DNA of 64,000 nucleotides from NCBI RefSeq assembly GCF_055900595.2, contig NZ_CM148325.1; one strand, 5' to 3'. Shown piece by piece: positions 50,265 to 62,389 of this stretch (position 1 is its first letter; each line of letters starts with the position of its first letter). The notes under the pieces were generated by a model. It saw only the letters and a program-made list of their open reading frames with translations, ran no database searches and was not told where the DNA came from. The position numbers and the translations under genes were made by a program.

Positions 50265-53060
50265 ATGGAGATAATTATGAGAAACCTCTGTTTCTTACTG
50301 ACGTTAGTGGCAACTCTGTTGCTCCCCGGGCGACTGATTGCCGCCGCCTTACCGCAGGATGAAAAGTTAATTACCGGGCAACTGGACAATGGCTTGCGAT
50401 ATCTGATTTATCCGCATGCTCAACCAAAGGATCAGGTAAATTTATGGCTGCAAATTCATACCGGTTCATTGCAGGAAGAAGACAATGAGCGCGGCGTGGC
50501 TCATTTTGTAGAACATATGATGTTTAACGGCACAAAAACATGGCCGGGTAATAAAGTCATCGAAACATTTGAGTCAATGGGCCTGCGTTTTGGTCGCGAT
50601 GTTAATGCCTATACCAGCTATGACGAAACAGTGTATCAGGTGAGTTTGCCGACTACGCAGAAACAAAATCTGCAACAAGTGATGGCAATCTTCAGTGAAT
50701 GGAGTAATGCCGCAACCTTTGAAAAACTCGAAGTAGACGCTGAACGCGGCGTAATTACTGAGGAATGGCGTGCCCATCAGGATGCGAAATGGCGCACCTC
50801 TCAGGCGCGCCGCCCTTTCCTGCTGGCAAATACCCGTAATTTAGACCGTGAACCTATCGGCCTGATGGATACCGTCGCCACGGTCACACCGGCACAATTG
50901 CGCCAATTTTATCAACGCTGGTATCAACCAAATAATATGACCTTTATTGTGGTCGGCGATATCGACAGTAAAGAAGCGCTGGCGCTGATAAAGGATAATT
51001 TAAGTAAGCTTCCGGCTAACAAAGCAGCTGAAAATCGCGTCTGGCCGACAAAAGCCGAAAACCACCTGCGCTTTAATATCATCAATGATAAAGAAAACCG
51101 GGTGAACGGCATCGCACTCTATTATCGCCTGCCAATGGTACAAGTGAACGATGAGCAAAGCTTTATCGAACAAGCTGAATGGAGCATGTTGGTTCAGCTG
51201 TTCAACCAACGTCTGCAGGAACGTATACAGTCGGGCGAGTTGAAGACTATTTCTGGTGGCACTGCGCGCAGCGTTAAAATTGCACCCGATTATCAGTCGC
51301 TGTTTTTCCGTGTAAATGCACGTGACAATAATATGCAGGATGCTGCGAATGCATTAATGGCAGAGTTGGCAACCCTCGATCAACATGGTTTTTCTGCTGA
51401 AGAACTCGACGATGTTAAAACTACCCGCCTAACCTGGCTGAAAAATGCGGTTGATCAGCAAGCTGAACGCGATTTACGTATGCTGACCAGTCGCCTGGCG
51501 TCCAGCTCGTTAAATAATACGCCGTTCTTGTCGCCGGAAGAGACATACCAACTTTCGAAACGTCTGTGGCCGCAAATTACCGTGCAAAGTCTGGCGGAAA
51601 AATGGCAGCAGCTAAGAAAGAACCAGGACGCATTTTGGGAGCAAATGGTAAACAATGAAGTTGCCGCCAAAAAAGCATTGTCTCCTGCGGCTATCCTGGC
51701 GCTGGAAAAAGAGTACGCCAACAAAAAGCTGGCGGCTTACATCTTCCCAGGCAGAAATTTATCGTTAACAGTAGACGCTGACCCACAGGCGGAAATTAGC
51801 AGTAAAGAAACACTGGCTGAGAATCTGACATCATTAACACTTTCTAATGGTGCCAGGGTTATTCTGGCAAAATCAGCGGGTGAAGAGCAAAAGCTACAAA
51901 TTATTGCCGTATCTAATAAAGGTGATTTAAGTTTCCCTGCGGAGCAAAAATCACTTATCGCGCTGGCAAATAAAGCGGTGAGTGGCAGCGGCGTTGGTGA
52001 TCTCTCCTCTTCCAGCCTGAAACGCTGGAGTGCGGAAAACTCGGTAACCATGAGCAGCAAAGTCAGTGGGCTGAATACGTTGCTCTCCGTGAGCGCGCGG
52101 GCTAATAATCCTGAACCTGGTTTCCAGTTGATTAACCAGCGAATCACTCACAGCACGATTAATGACAATATTTGGGCATCGCTACAAAATGCTCAAATTC
52201 AGGCGTTGAAAACGCTCGACCAGCGTCCAGCAGAGAAATTCGCCCAGCAGATGTATGAGAAGCGCTATGCTGATGACCGTACGAAATTACTGCAAGAAAA
52301 ACAGATTGCACAATTTACCGCCGCAGACGCGCTGGCTGCCGATCGCCAGTTATTTTCATCTCCAGCGGATATCACGTTTGTCGTTGTCAGTAATGTCGCA
52401 GAAGACAAACTTCTGCCGTTAATTACGCATTACTTAGGATCAATCAAACACTCTGATTCGCCATTAGCCGCAGGTAAACCATTAACTCGCGCGACGGACA
52501 ACGCATCGATTACTGTAAAAGAACAAAATGAACCTGTGGCACAGGTTTCACAGTGGAAGCGTTATGATTCCCGGACACCGGTTAACCTGGCGACGCGTAT
52601 GGCGCTCGATGCTTTTAACGTCGCACTGGCAAAAGATCTACGCATTAATATTCGTGAACAGGCATCTGGGGCATACAGCGTTTCTTCTCGCCTCTCGGTT
52701 GATCCTCAGGCCAAAGACATCAGTCATTTGCTGGCTTTTACTTGTCAACCGGAACGACATGATGAACTGTTAACGTTAGCGAATGAAGTGATGGTTAAGC
52801 GTCTGGCTAAAGGGATCAGTGAGCAAGAACTGAACGAATACCAGCAAAACGTTCAGCGCAGCCTCGATATCCAACAGCGTAGCGTTCAACAATTAGCGAA
52901 CACCATTGTAAATAGTCTTATTCAATATGACGATCCTGCAGCATGGACTGAGCAGGAGCAATTATTGAAACAAATGACGGTAGAGAATGTTAACACTGCC
53001 GTTAAACAATATCTTTCTCATCCGGTGAATACCTATACCGGAGTATTATTGCCAAAATAA
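50265..53060 (+). CDS. pqqL: Periplasmic zinc metalloprotease, M16 family (pitrilysin-like)
   Basis: 931-aa ORF with signal peptide and inverted zinc-binding motif HFVEH; tandem M16 domains. Confidence 0.85.
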   Translation: MEIIMRNLCFLLTLVATLLLPGRLIAAALPQDEKLITGQLDNGLRYLIYPHAQPKDQVNLWLQIHTGSLQEEDNERGVAHFVEHMMFNGTKTWPGNKVIETFESMGLRFGRDVNAYTSYDETVYQVSLPTTQKQNLQQVMAIFSEWSNAATFEKLEVDAERGVITEEWRAHQDAKWRTSQARRPFLLANTRNLDREPIGLMDTVATVTPAQLRQFYQRWYQPNNMTFIVVGDIDSKEALALIKDNLSKLPANKAAENRVWPTKAENHLRFNIINDKENRVNGIALYYRLPMVQVNDEQSFIEQAEWSMLVQLFNQRLQERIQSGELKTISGGTARSVKIAPDYQSLFFRVNARDNNMQDAANALMAELATLDQHGFSAEELDDVKTTRLTWLKNAVDQQAERDLRMLTSRLASSSLNNTPFLSPEETYQLSKRLWPQITVQSLAEKWQQLRKNQDAFWEQMVNNEVAAKKALSPAAILALEKEYANKKLAAYIFPGRNLSLTVDADPQAEISSKETLAENLTSLTLSNGARVILAKSAGEEQKLQIIAVSNKGDLSFPAEQKSLIALANKAVSGSGVGDLSSSSLKRWSAENSVTMSSKVSGLNTLLSVSARANNPEPGFQLINQRITHSTINDNIWASLQNAQIQALKTLDQRPAEKFAQQMYEKRYADDRTKLLQEKQIAQFTAADALAADRQLFSSPADITFVVVSNVAEDKLLPLITHYLGSIKHSDSPLAAGKPLTRATDNASITVKEQNEPVAQVSQWKRYDSRTPVNLATRMALDAFNVALAKDLRINIREQASGAYSVSSRLSVDPQAKDISHLLAFTCQPERHDELLTLANEVMVKRLAKGISEQELNEYQQNVQRSLDIQQRSVQQLANTIVNSLIQYDDPAAWTEQEQLLKQMTVENVNTAVKQYLSHPVNTYTGVLLPK

Positions 53061-53321
53061 TAACAGCCCCGTCAACACCTCGTTGGCGGGGATTTTAGCA
53101 ATATTCGCCATTTTTATGTAATAATTTTATAAATGCGTTCAAAATAATAGCCGAGTGCTAATAATGATATTTTAATGCCTGATTTTTACGCGATAATTCA
53201 GGAGACATAGAAAGCGCATAAAAATAACAACATAAAACACCTTGCCACCACCCAAGAATTCAATAATATATTGTTTTTAATGAAAAAACATTATTCTCGT
53301 AATATTTCATGATAAATAACA

Positions 53322-53341
53322 TTAGGATTTTGTTATTTAAA
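53322..53341. promoter_or_regulatory. GAD box (TTAGGATTTTGTTATTTAAA), GadE-binding element of the gadB promoter
   Basis: Matches the 20-bp GAD box as I recall it, ~80 bp upstream of the gadB start. Confidence 0.5.
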
Positions 53342-53420
53342 CCCGAGTCCTTTGCACTTGCTTACTTTATCGATAAATCCTACTTTTTTAATGCGATCCA
53401 ATCATTTTAAGGAGTTTAAA

Positions 53421-54821
53421 ATGGATAAGAAGCAAGTAACGGATTTAAGGTCGGAATTACTCGATTCACGTTTTGGTGCGAAGTCTATTTCCACTATTGC
53501 AGAATCAAAACGTTTTCCGCTGCACGAAATGCGTGATGATGTCGCATTCCAGATTATCAATGACGAATTATATCTTGATGGCAACGCTCGTCAGAACCTG
53601 GCCACTTTCTGCCAGACCTGGGACGACGAAAATGTCCATAAGTTGATGGATTTATCCATTAACAAAAACTGGATCGACAAAGAAGAATATCCGCAATCTG
53701 CAGCAATCGATCTGCGTTGCGTAAACATGGTTGCCGATCTGTGGCATGCGCCTGCACCGAAAAATGGTCAGGCCGTTGGCACCAACACCATTGGTTCTTC
53801 CGAGGCCTGTATGCTCGGCGGGATGGCGATGAAATGGCGTTGGCGCAAGCGTATGGAAGCTGCAGGTAAGCCGACTAACAAACCTAATCTGGTGTGCGGC
53901 CCGGTACAAATCTGCTGGCATAAATTCGCCCGTTACTGGGATGTGGAACTGCGTGAAATCCCTATGCGCCCCGGTCAGTTGTTTATGGACCCGAAACGCA
54001 TGATTGAAGCCTGCGACGAAAACACTATCGGCGTGGTGCCGACTTTCGGCGTGACCTACACCGGTAACTATGAGTTCCCGCAACCGCTGCACGATGCGCT
54101 GGATAAATTCCAGGCCGACACCGGTATCGACATCGACATGCACATCGACGCCGCCAGCGGTGGCTTCCTGGCACCGTTCGTCGCCCCGGATATCGTCTGG
54201 GACTTCCGCCTGCCGCGTGTGAAATCGATCAGTGCTTCAGGCCATAAATTCGGTCTGGCTCCGCTGGGCTGCGGCTGGGTTATCTGGCGTGATGAAGAAG
54301 CGCTGCCGCAGGAACTGGTGTTCAACGTTGACTACCTCGGCGGTCAGATTGGGACTTTCGCCATCAACTTCTCCCGCCCGGCGGGTCAGGTGATTGCACA
54401 ATACTATGAATTCCTGCGCCTCGGTCGTGAAGGCTATACCAAAGTACAGAACGCTTCCTACCAGGTTGCCGCTTATCTGGCGGATGAAATCGCCAAACTG
54501 GGGCCGTATGAGTTCATCTGTACGGGTCGCCCGGACGAAGGCATCCCGGCGGTTTGCTTCAAACTGAAAGATGGTGAAGATCCGGGATACACCCTGTACG
54601 ACCTCTCTGAACGTCTGCGTCTGCGCGGCTGGCAGGTTCCGGCCTTCACTCTCGGCGGTGAAGCCACCGACATCGTGGTGATGCGCATTATGTGTCGTCG
54701 CGGCTTCGAAATGGACTTTGCTGAACTGTTGCTGGAAGACTACAAAGCCTCCCTGAAATATCTCAGCGACCACCCGAAACTGCAGGGTATTGCCCAGCAG
54801 AACAGCTTTAAACATACCTGA
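53421..54821 (+). CDS. gadB: Glutamate decarboxylase beta (PLP-dependent)
   Basis: ORF from 53352; start chosen at [21 protein letters not shown] (466 aa); PLP-lysine region [15 protein letters not shown]; followed by gadC. Confidence 0.9.
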   Translation: MDKKQVTDLRSELLDSRFGAKSISTIAESKRFPLHEMRDDVAFQIINDELYLDGNARQNLATFCQTWDDENVHKLMDLSINKNWIDKEEYPQSAAIDLRCVNMVADLWHAPAPKNGQAVGTNTIGSSEACMLGGMAMKWRWRKRMEAAGKPTNKPNLVCGPVQICWHKFARYWDVELREIPMRPGQLFMDPKRMIEACDENTIGVVPTFGVTYTGNYEFPQPLHDALDKFQADTGIDIDMHIDAASGGFLAPFVAPDIVWDFRLPRVKSISASGHKFGLAPLGCGWVIWRDEEALPQELVFNVDYLGGQIGTFAINFSRPAGQVIAQYYEFLRLGREGYTKVQNASYQVAAYLADEIAKLGPYEFICTGRPDEGIPAVCFKLKDGEDPGYTLYDLSERLRLRGWQVPAFTLGGEATDIVVMRIMCRRGFEMDFAELLLEDYKASLKYLSDHPKLQGIAQQNSFKHT

Positions 54822-54976
54822 TAACGTTTAACGGTAACGGTGTCCCGAAACGAACCCGTTTCGGGACAATTTCCAAAGTCTGTTCACTGGCATTAGCAAC
54901 GGAAAATATTGTTCTGAATACGCTTCAGAACAAAACAGGTGCGGTTCCGACAGGAATACCGTTTTAGGGGGATAAT

Positions 54977-56512
54977 ATGGCTACATCAGTACAGACAGGT
55001 AAAGCTAAGCAGCTCACATTACTCGGATTCTTTGCCATAACGGCATCGATGGTAATGGCTGTTTATGAATACCCTACTTTCGCAACATCGGGCTTTTCAT
55101 TAGTCTTCTTCCTGCTATTAGGCGGGATTTTATGGTTTATTCCCGTGGGACTTTGTGCTGCGGAAATGGCTACCGTCGACGGCTGGGAAGAAGGTGGCGT
55201 CTTCGCCTGGGTATCAAATACTCTGGGGCCGAGATGGGGGTTTGCAGCGATCTCATTTGGCTATCTGCAAATCGCCATCGGTTTTATTCCAATGCTCTAT
55301 TTCGTGTTAGGGGCACTCTCCTACATTTTGAAATGGCCAGCGTTGAATGAAGACCCCATTACCAAAACTATTGCAGCACTCATCATTCTTTGGGCGCTGG
55401 CATTAACACAGTTTGGTGGCACGAAATACACGGCGCGAATTGCTAAAGTTGGCTTCTTCGCCGGTATCCTGTTACCTGCATTTATTTTGATCGCATTAGC
55501 GGCTATTTATCTGCACTCCGGTGCTCCCGTTGCTATCGAAATGGATGCGAAAACCTTCTTCCCTGATTTCTCTAAAGTCGGCACCCTGGTTGTGTTTGTT
55601 GCCTTCATTTTGAGTTATATGGGGGTAGAAGCTTCCGCAACCCACGTCAATGAAATGCGCAATCCCGGTCGCGATTATCCGCTGGCGATGTTACTGCTGA
55701 TGGTGGCGGCAATCTGCTTAAGCTCTGTTGGCGGTTTGTCTATTGCGATGGTTATTCCGGGTAATGAAATCAACCTCTCCGCAGGGGTAATGCAAACCTT
55801 TACCGTTCTTATGTCCCATGTGGCACCGGAAATTGAGTGGACGGTTCGCGTGATCTCCGCACTGCTGTTGCTGGGTGTTCTGGCGGAAATCGCTTCCTGG
55901 ATTGTTGGCCCTTCTCGCGGGATGTATGTCACCGCGCAGAAAAACCTGCTGCCAGCGGCGTTCGCTAAAATGAACAAAAATGGCGTACCGGTAACGCTGG
56001 TTATTTCGCAGTTGGTGATTACTACTATCGCGTTGATCATCCTCACCAATACTGGTGGCGGTAACAATATGTCCTTCCTGATCGCCCTGGCGCTGACGGT
56101 GGTGATTTATCTGTGTGCTTATTTCATGCTGTTTATTGGCTACATTGTGTTGGTTCTTAAACATCCTGACTTAAAACGCACATTTAATATCCCTGGTGGT
56201 AAAGGGGTGAAACTGGTCGTGGCAATTGTCGGTCTGCTGACTTCAATTATGGCGTTTATTGTTTCCTTCCTGCCGCCGGATAACATCCAGGGTGACTCTA
56301 CCGATATGTATGTTGAATTACTGGTCGTTAGTTTCCTGGTGGTACTTGCCCTGCCCTTTATTCTCTATGCTGTTCATGATCGTAAAGGCAAAGCGAATAC
56401 CGGCGTCACTCTGGAGCCAATCAACAGTAAGAACGCACCAAAAGGTCACTTCTTCCTGCACCCGCGTGCACGTTCACCACACTATATTGTGATGAATGAC
56501 AAGAAACACTAA
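54977..56512 (+). CDS. gadC: Glutamate:GABA antiporter
   Basis: 511-aa polytopic APC-family transporter immediately downstream of gadB. Confidence 0.9.
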   Translation: MATSVQTGKAKQLTLLGFFAITASMVMAVYEYPTFATSGFSLVFFLLLGGILWFIPVGLCAAEMATVDGWEEGGVFAWVSNTLGPRWGFAAISFGYLQIAIGFIPMLYFVLGALSYILKWPALNEDPITKTIAALIILWALALTQFGGTKYTARIAKVGFFAGILLPAFILIALAAIYLHSGAPVAIEMDAKTFFPDFSKVGTLVVFVAFILSYMGVEASATHVNEMRNPGRDYPLAMLLLMVAAICLSSVGGLSIAMVIPGNEINLSAGVMQTFTVLMSHVAPEIEWTVRVISALLLLGVLAEIASWIVGPSRGMYVTAQKNLLPAAFAKMNKNGVPVTLVISQLVITTIALIILTNTGGGNNMSFLIALALTVVIYLCAYFMLFIGYIVLVLKHPDLKRTFNIPGGKGVKLVVAIVGLLTSIMAFIVSFLPPDNIQGDSTDMYVELLVVSFLVVLALPFILYAVHDRKGKANTGVTLEPINSKNAPKGHFFLHPRARSPHYIVMNDKKH

Positions 56513-56537
56513 CCATGTCTGAATGGTTATAAGACAA

Positions 56538-56566
56538 GGGAGCGATAATTCATCGCTCCCTTTTTC
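56538..56566 (+). terminator. Rho-independent terminator after gadC
   Basis: 9-bp stem GGGAGCGAT / ATCGCTCCC followed by TTTTTCG. Confidence 0.6.
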
Positions 56567-56642
56567 GTGCTCGCTGTCGTATTGACTTAACCGGGATAAG
56601 TACGAGAATGAGCGCACATCTGTTTACCGGAAACCAGCATAT

Positions 56643-57962
56643 ATGGATATCTGCTCCCGAAACGAGAAATTAGCAATTAGAAGACCAGCGGTACTGGTTG
56701 CACTGGCACTGTTACTGTGTAGTTGCAAAAGCACGCCCCCAGAGTCAATGGTGACACCACCAACAGGTTCGAAGCCACCAGCTACGACGCAACAATCGTC
56801 ACAACCGATGCGTGGCATCTGGCTGGCCACAGTGTCTCGCCTCGACTGGCCACCGGTTTCCTCGGTTAACATTAGTAACCCCACCAGCCGGATCCGCGTA
56901 CAACAACAGGCGATGATCGACAAGCTCGATCATCTGCAACGTCTCGGTATAAACACGGTCTTTTTCCAGGTCAAGCCGGACGGTACCGCACTATGGCCAT
57001 CGAAAATTTTGCCGTGGTCCGATCTTATGACCGGTAAGATTGGCGAAAACCCGGGTTACGATCCGTTGCAATTTATGCTCGACGAAGCCCACAAGCGTGG
57101 GATGAAAGTACACGCCTGGTTTAACCCTTACCGCGTATCGGTTAATACAAAGCCTGGTACTATCAGGGAACTGAATAGCACCCTGTCTCAACAACCGGCC
57201 AGCGTCTATGTGCAACACCGCGACTGGATTAGAACGTCGGGTGATCGGTTTGTCCTCGACCCAGGCATCCCTGAGGTTCAGGACTGGATCACATCAATAG
57301 TCGCGGAAGTGGTTTCCCGCTATCCGGTAGATGGCGTGCAGTTTGACGACTATTTTTATACTGAGTCACCAGCTTCACGGCTAAATGATAACGAAACGTA
57401 CCGCAAATACGGAGGCGCATTTGCGTCAAAAGCAGACTGGCGGCGCAACAATACTCAGCAGTTAATTGCGAAGGTATCGCACACCATTAAAAGCATTAAG
57501 CCGGAAGTCGAATTTGGCGTTAGCCCGGCAGGCGTGTGGCGTAACCGATCACACGATCCGCTCGGTTCTGATACCCGAGGCGCGGCAGCCTATGACGAAT
57601 CCTACGCTGACACGCGCCGATGGGTGGAACAAGGATTGCTGGATTACATTGCCCCCCAAATTTACTGGCCATTCTCGCGGAGTGCCGCGCGTTATGACGT
57701 GTTGGCAAAATGGTGGGCGGATGTCGTTAAACCGACCAGGACCCGCCTGTATATCGGTATCGCCTTCTATAAAGTGGGTGAACCTTCAAAGATAGAGCCA
57801 GACTGGATGATTAACGGCGGCGTACCGGAACTGAAAAAGCAACTCGATCTTAACGATGCCGTGCCAGAAATTAGCGGCACAATCTTGTTCCGTGAGGACT
57901 ATCTGAACAAACCTCAGACTCAACAAGCGGTCAGCTATTTGCAAAGTCGTTGGGGCAGTTAA
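56643..57962 (+). CDS. yddW: Lipoprotein, glycoside-hydrolase-like (YddW family)
   Basis: 439-aa ORF with lipobox (LLLCSCKS) and TIM-barrel glycosidase-like region. Confidence 0.8.
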   Translation: MDICSRNEKLAIRRPAVLVALALLLCSCKSTPPESMVTPPTGSKPPATTQQSSQPMRGIWLATVSRLDWPPVSSVNISNPTSRIRVQQQAMIDKLDHLQRLGINTVFFQVKPDGTALWPSKILPWSDLMTGKIGENPGYDPLQFMLDEAHKRGMKVHAWFNPYRVSVNTKPGTIRELNSTLSQQPASVYVQHRDWIRTSGDRFVLDPGIPEVQDWITSIVAEVVSRYPVDGVQFDDYFYTESPASRLNDNETYRKYGGAFASKADWRRNNTQQLIAKVSHTIKSIKPEVEFGVSPAGVWRNRSHDPLGSDTRGAAAYDESYADTRRWVEQGLLDYIAPQIYWPFSRSAARYDVLAKWWADVVKPTRTRLYIGIAFYKVGEPSKIEPDWMINGGVPELKKQLDLNDAVPEISGTILFREDYLNKPQTQQAVSYLQSRWGS

Positions 57963-58325
57963 ACTTGTAACATGGCCGGTGCTTTACTCACCGGCTTGTT
58001 ATCCTCTTGAAATATCCCACTAATAATCATGCTTATTTAAGCCAAATTAACCACGCAATTAACCACTCTTAGTTTAATAGCCATAAAACCCCTAATAAAA
58101 ATGTATGAATATGAAAACCCTACGGTATTCGCTGTTTCCGAAAAATAATTACGATGGGCTATACTCTTCTGAAGAACAGTAGCGTAGATTGAAACTGTCC
58201 TAACTCTCTTATTTCTTTTCAGTATATCTTCATATTTCAGGAGAATATGTGCAGTTAGTCGATCTCGCACGTTGCGTTTCGTTTTTGATTCCGTCTGCTT
58301 TCTCAGCCTTATAAGGGTGTGAATT

Positions 58326-59708
58326 ATGGAGATGTATTTTAAAAGAATGAAAGATGAGTGGACCGGGCTTGTCGAACAAGCAGATCCGCTCATTCGTGCT
58401 AAAGCCGCGGAAATTGCCGTTGCGCATGCCCATTACCTGAGCATTGAGTTTTACCGAATTGTCCGTATCGACCCGCATGCCGAAGAATTCTTGAGTAATG
58501 AACAAGTTGAGCGGCAGCTGAAAAGTGCGATGGAACGCTGGATTATTAATGTGCTTTCTGCCCAGGTTGACGATGTTGAAAGGCTAATACAAATCCAGCA
58601 TACCGTCGCAGAAGTGCATGCCCGCATCGGCATTCCAGTAGAAATTGTCGAGATGGGGTTTCGGGTGCTGAAAAAAATCCTCTATCCGGTGATTTTCTCT
58701 TCGGATTATTCTGCCGCAGAAAAACTTCAGGTCTACCATTTCTCGATTAACAGTATTGATATCGCGATGGAAGTCATGACCCGCGCGTTTACCTTTAGTG
58801 ACAGTAGTGCCTCAAAAGAAGATGAAAACTATCGTATCTTCTCGTTACTGGAAAACGCCGAAGAAGAAAAAGAACGGCAAATAGCCTCAATCCTTTCATG
58901 GGAAATTGACATTATCTATAAAGTTCTGCTGGATTCTGATTTAGGCAGTAGTTTGCCTTTAAGCCAGGCTGATTTTGGCCTGTGGTTTAACCATAAAGGT
59001 CGACATTATTTTAGCGGCATTGCCGAAGTGGGTCATATCTCCCGCCTGATTCAGGATTTCGACGGTATTTTTAATCAAACCATACGTAATACAAAAAATT
59101 TGAGCAACAAAACTCTGCGGGTGAGATTTTTATTACAGATAAGAAATACCGTATCGCAAATTATTACCTTGCTGCGTGAATTATTTGAAGAAGTATCTCG
59201 CCACGAAGTGGGTATGGATGTACTGACAAAATTACTTAACCGCCGCTTCCTGCCGACCATCTTTAAACGCGAAATTGCCCATGCCAACCGGACCGGCCCC
59301 CCCCTGTCAGTGCTGATTATTGACGTTGATAAATTCAAAGAGATCAACGATACGTGGGGCCATAACACTGGCGATGAAATTCTGCGTAAAGTTTCTCAGG
59401 CCTTTTATGACAACGTCCGCAGTAGTGATTATGTTTTCCGCTACGGGGGCGATGAATTTATCATTGTTTTGACTGAAGCTTCGGAAAACGAAACGTTACG
59501 TACCGCAGAACGTATTCGCAGTCGGGTGGAGAAAACCAAACTGAAAGCCGCAAACGGCGAAGATATTGCCCTCTCACTTTCCATCGGTGCCGCCATGTTT
59601 AATGGTCATCCTGACTATGAGCGCCTCATTCAAATAGCCGATGAAGCTCTGTATATCGCCAAAAGACGAGGTAGAAACCGTGTTGAACTCTGGAAAGCCA
59701 GTCTTTAG
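58326..59708 (+). CDS. dosC: Globin-coupled oxygen-sensing diguanylate cyclase
   Basis: 460-aa ORF with N-terminal globin-sensor region and C-terminal GGDEF domain (RYGGDEF). Confidence 0.9.
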   Translation: MEMYFKRMKDEWTGLVEQADPLIRAKAAEIAVAHAHYLSIEFYRIVRIDPHAEEFLSNEQVERQLKSAMERWIINVLSAQVDDVERLIQIQHTVAEVHARIGIPVEIVEMGFRVLKKILYPVIFSSDYSAAEKLQVYHFSINSIDIAMEVMTRAFTFSDSSASKEDENYRIFSLLENAEEEKERQIASILSWEIDIIYKVLLDSDLGSSLPLSQADFGLWFNHKGRHYFSGIAEVGHISRLIQDFDGIFNQTIRNTKNLSNKTLRVRFLLQIRNTVSQIITLLRELFEEVSRHEVGMDVLTKLLNRRFLPTIFKREIAHANRTGPPLSVLIIDVDKFKEINDTWGHNTGDEILRKVSQAFYDNVRSSDYVFRYGGDEFIIVLTEASENETLRTAERIRSRVEKTKLKAANGEDIALSLSIGAAMFNGHPDYERLIQIADEALYIAKRRGRNRVELWKASL

Positions 59709-59732
59709 ATGCGCCAGGATGCAGAGGTAATC

Positions 59733-62132
59733 ATGAAGCTAACCGATGCGGATAATGCCGCCGATGGCATTTTTTTCCCCGCCCTTGAGCAAAATATGAT
59801 GGGCGCGGTGTTAATTAACGAAAATGATGAAGTGATGTTTTTCAACCCCGCCGCAGAGAAGCTCTGGGGATACAAACGTGAAGAAGTCATTGGCAATAAC
59901 ATTGATATGCTGATTCCGCGGGATTTGCGTCCTGCGCATCCTGAATATATCCGTCACAACCGTGAAGGCGGTAAAGCGCGCGTCGAGGGGATGAGTCGGG
60001 AGCTGCAGCTGGAGAAAAAAGACGGCAGTAAAATCTGGACCCGTTTTGCGCTATCGAAAGTGAGCGCCGAGGGTAAAATTTATTACCTGGCGCTGGTACG
60101 GGATGCCAGCGTAGAAATGGCGCAAAAAGAACAGACCCGACAATTGATTATTGCTGTTGACCATCTCGACCGACCGGTGATTGTCCTCGATCCGGAACGC
60201 CATATTGTGCAGTGCAATCGCGCATTTACCGAAATGTTTGGTTACTGCATTAGCGAAGCTAGCGGTATGCAGCCCGATACACTCCTGAACATTCCAGAAT
60301 TCCCTGCTGATAACCGCATTCGTTTACAACAGTTGCTATGGAAAACCGCCCGCGATCAGGACGAATTTCTGCTGTTGACGCGCACCGGTGAAAAAATCTG
60401 GATTAAAGCCTCTATCAGCCCGGTCTATGATGTGCTCGCGCATCTGCAGAACCTGGTAATGACTTTCTCGGATATCACCGAAGAACGGCAAATCCGTCAG
60501 CTTGAAGGCAATATTCTCGCCGCCATGTGCAGCAGCCCGCCATTTCATGAAATGGGGGAAATCATTTGTCGTAACATCGAATCTGTTCTCAACGAATCGC
60601 ATGTTTCGCTGTTCGCGCTTCGCAACGGGATGCCGATACACTGGGCGTCATCTTCGCACGGTACAGAAGTTCAAAATGCGCAAAGCTGGTCAGCGACCAT
60701 TCGTCAGCGTGATGGCGCACCTGCGGGGATCCTGCAAATTAAAACCTCGTCAGGAGCAGAAACCAGCGCCTTTATCGAACGCGTGGCAGATATCAGCCAG
60801 CATATGGCCGCGCTGGCGCTGGAACAGGAAAAAAGCCGTCAGCATATTGAACAACTCATCCAATTTGATCCGATGACCGGTCTGCCAAATCGCAATAACC
60901 TGCACAATTACCTCGATGACCTGGTCGACAAAGCCGTCTCTCCGGTGGTCTATCTCATCGGTGTTGACCATATTCAGGATGTGATTGATAGCCTTGGCTA
61001 TGCGTGGGCCGATCAGGCATTGCTGGAAGTGGTCAATCGCTTTCGTGAAAAACTCAAACCCGATCAGTATCTCTGTCGTATCGAAGGTACGCAGTTTGTC
61101 CTCGTGAGCCTGGAAAACGACGTCAGTAACATTACCCAAATCGCCGATGAGCTACGGAATGTGGTCAGCAAGCCGATAATGATTGACGATAAACCATTCC
61201 CGCTCACCTTGAGCATTGGCATCAGCTACGACGTGGGTAAAAACCGCGATTACCTGCTCTCCACTGCCCATAACGCGATGGATTATATTCGCAAGAATGG
61301 CGGTAACGGCTGGCAGTTCTTCAGCCCGGTGATGAACGAAATGGTGAAAGAACGGTTGATATTAGGCGCAGCGCTGAAAGAAGCGATTAGCAATAACCAA
61401 CTGAAACTGGTTTACCAGCCACAAATCTTCGCAGAAACGGGTGAACTGTATGGTATCGAAGCCCTTGCTCGCTGGCACGATCCTCTGCATGGTCATGTGC
61501 CCCCTTCACGGTTTATTCCTCTCGCAGAAGAGATTGGCGAAATCGAAAATATTGGGCGCTGGGTCATCGCGGAAGCTTGCCGTCAGTTAGCAGAATGGCG
61601 TAGCCAGAATATTCATATTCCAGCGTTATCCGTTAACTTGTCTGCGCTGCACTTCCGCAGTAATCAGCTGCCTAATCAGGTGTCTGATGCAATGCAAGTC
61701 TGGGGCATTGACGGCCACCAGCTAACAGTGGAAATCACCGAAAGCATGATGATGGAACACGATACGGAAATTTTTAAGCGCATTCAGATCCTGCGTGATA
61801 TGGGCGTGGGTTTATCGGTAGATGATTTTGGCACGGGCTTTTCCGGATTATCCCGCTTAGTCAGTCTTCCGGTAACGGAAATCAAAATTGACAAAAGTTT
61901 TGTCGATCGTTGTCTGACGGAAAAACGCATCCTTGCCTTACTTGAAGCCATTACCAGCATTGGGCAAAGCCTCAATTTAACCGTCGTGGCGGAAGGCGTC
62001 GAAACCAAAGAGCAATTTGAGATGCTACGCAAGATCCACTGTCGCGTTATTCAGGGATATTTCTTTTCTCGCCCCCTGCCCGCCGAAGAAATTCCAGGCT
62101 GGATGAGTAGCGTGTTACCGCTGAAAATCTGA
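59733..62132 (+). CDS. dosP: Haem-PAS oxygen-sensing c-di-GMP phosphodiesterase (PAS-PAS-GGDEF-EAL)
   Basis: ORF opens at 59709 directly after the dosC stop; I start at MKLTDADNAADGIFFPALEQ (799 aa); EAL domain present (YGIEALARW...). Confidence 0.9.
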   Translation: MKLTDADNAADGIFFPALEQNMMGAVLINENDEVMFFNPAAEKLWGYKREEVIGNNIDMLIPRDLRPAHPEYIRHNREGGKARVEGMSRELQLEKKDGSKIWTRFALSKVSAEGKIYYLALVRDASVEMAQKEQTRQLIIAVDHLDRPVIVLDPERHIVQCNRAFTEMFGYCISEASGMQPDTLLNIPEFPADNRIRLQQLLWKTARDQDEFLLLTRTGEKIWIKASISPVYDVLAHLQNLVMTFSDITEERQIRQLEGNILAAMCSSPPFHEMGEIICRNIESVLNESHVSLFALRNGMPIHWASSSHGTEVQNAQSWSATIRQRDGAPAGILQIKTSSGAETSAFIERVADISQHMAALALEQEKSRQHIEQLIQFDPMTGLPNRNNLHNYLDDLVDKAVSPVVYLIGVDHIQDVIDSLGYAWADQALLEVVNRFREKLKPDQYLCRIEGTQFVLVSLENDVSNITQIADELRNVVSKPIMIDDKPFPLTLSIGISYDVGKNRDYLLSTAHNAMDYIRKNGGNGWQFFSPVMNEMVKERLILGAALKEAISNNQLKLVYQPQIFAETGELYGIEALARWHDPLHGHVPPSRFIPLAEEIGEIENIGRWVIAEACRQLAEWRSQNIHIPALSVNLSALHFRSNQLPNQVSDAMQVWGIDGHQLTVEITESMMMEHDTEIFKRIQILRDMGVGLSVDDFGTGFSGLSRLVSLPVTEIKIDKSFVDRCLTEKRILALLEAITSIGQSLNLTVVAEGVETKEQFEMLRKIHCRVIQGYFFSRPLPAEEIPGWMSSVLPLKI

Positions 62133-62145
62133 CAAATCCCTCTCG

Positions 62146-62168
62146 CCCGCACTCGCGGGTTTTCATTT
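62146..62168 (+). terminator. Rho-independent terminator after dosP
   Basis: Hairpin CCCGC-ACTC-GCGGG followed by TTTTCATTT. Confidence 0.5.
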
Positions 62169-62389
62169 AACGTGACACTGTCACTTAAATACTGTGATTT
62201 CAGCTACGATTCCGGGAGATTCCTTCCTTAACTTCCCCTCTTGCACCAAAACTGCACTACGCTGCACAAATGTTGATCAAAAGTTAAAAAATATAACTTT
62301 AAGCCAGCATTCTGGCGCTTATCCCGGCATGGCATGAGATCTGCATAAGCGGAAAGCGCAGCAATTTTTGTCTTATACAGGAACCGTTT

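Noticed and set aside
53402-54815. Minus-strand ORFs antisense to gadB (53652-54143, 54237-54815 and others)
   Set aside because: Antisense shadows of a highly conserved gene.
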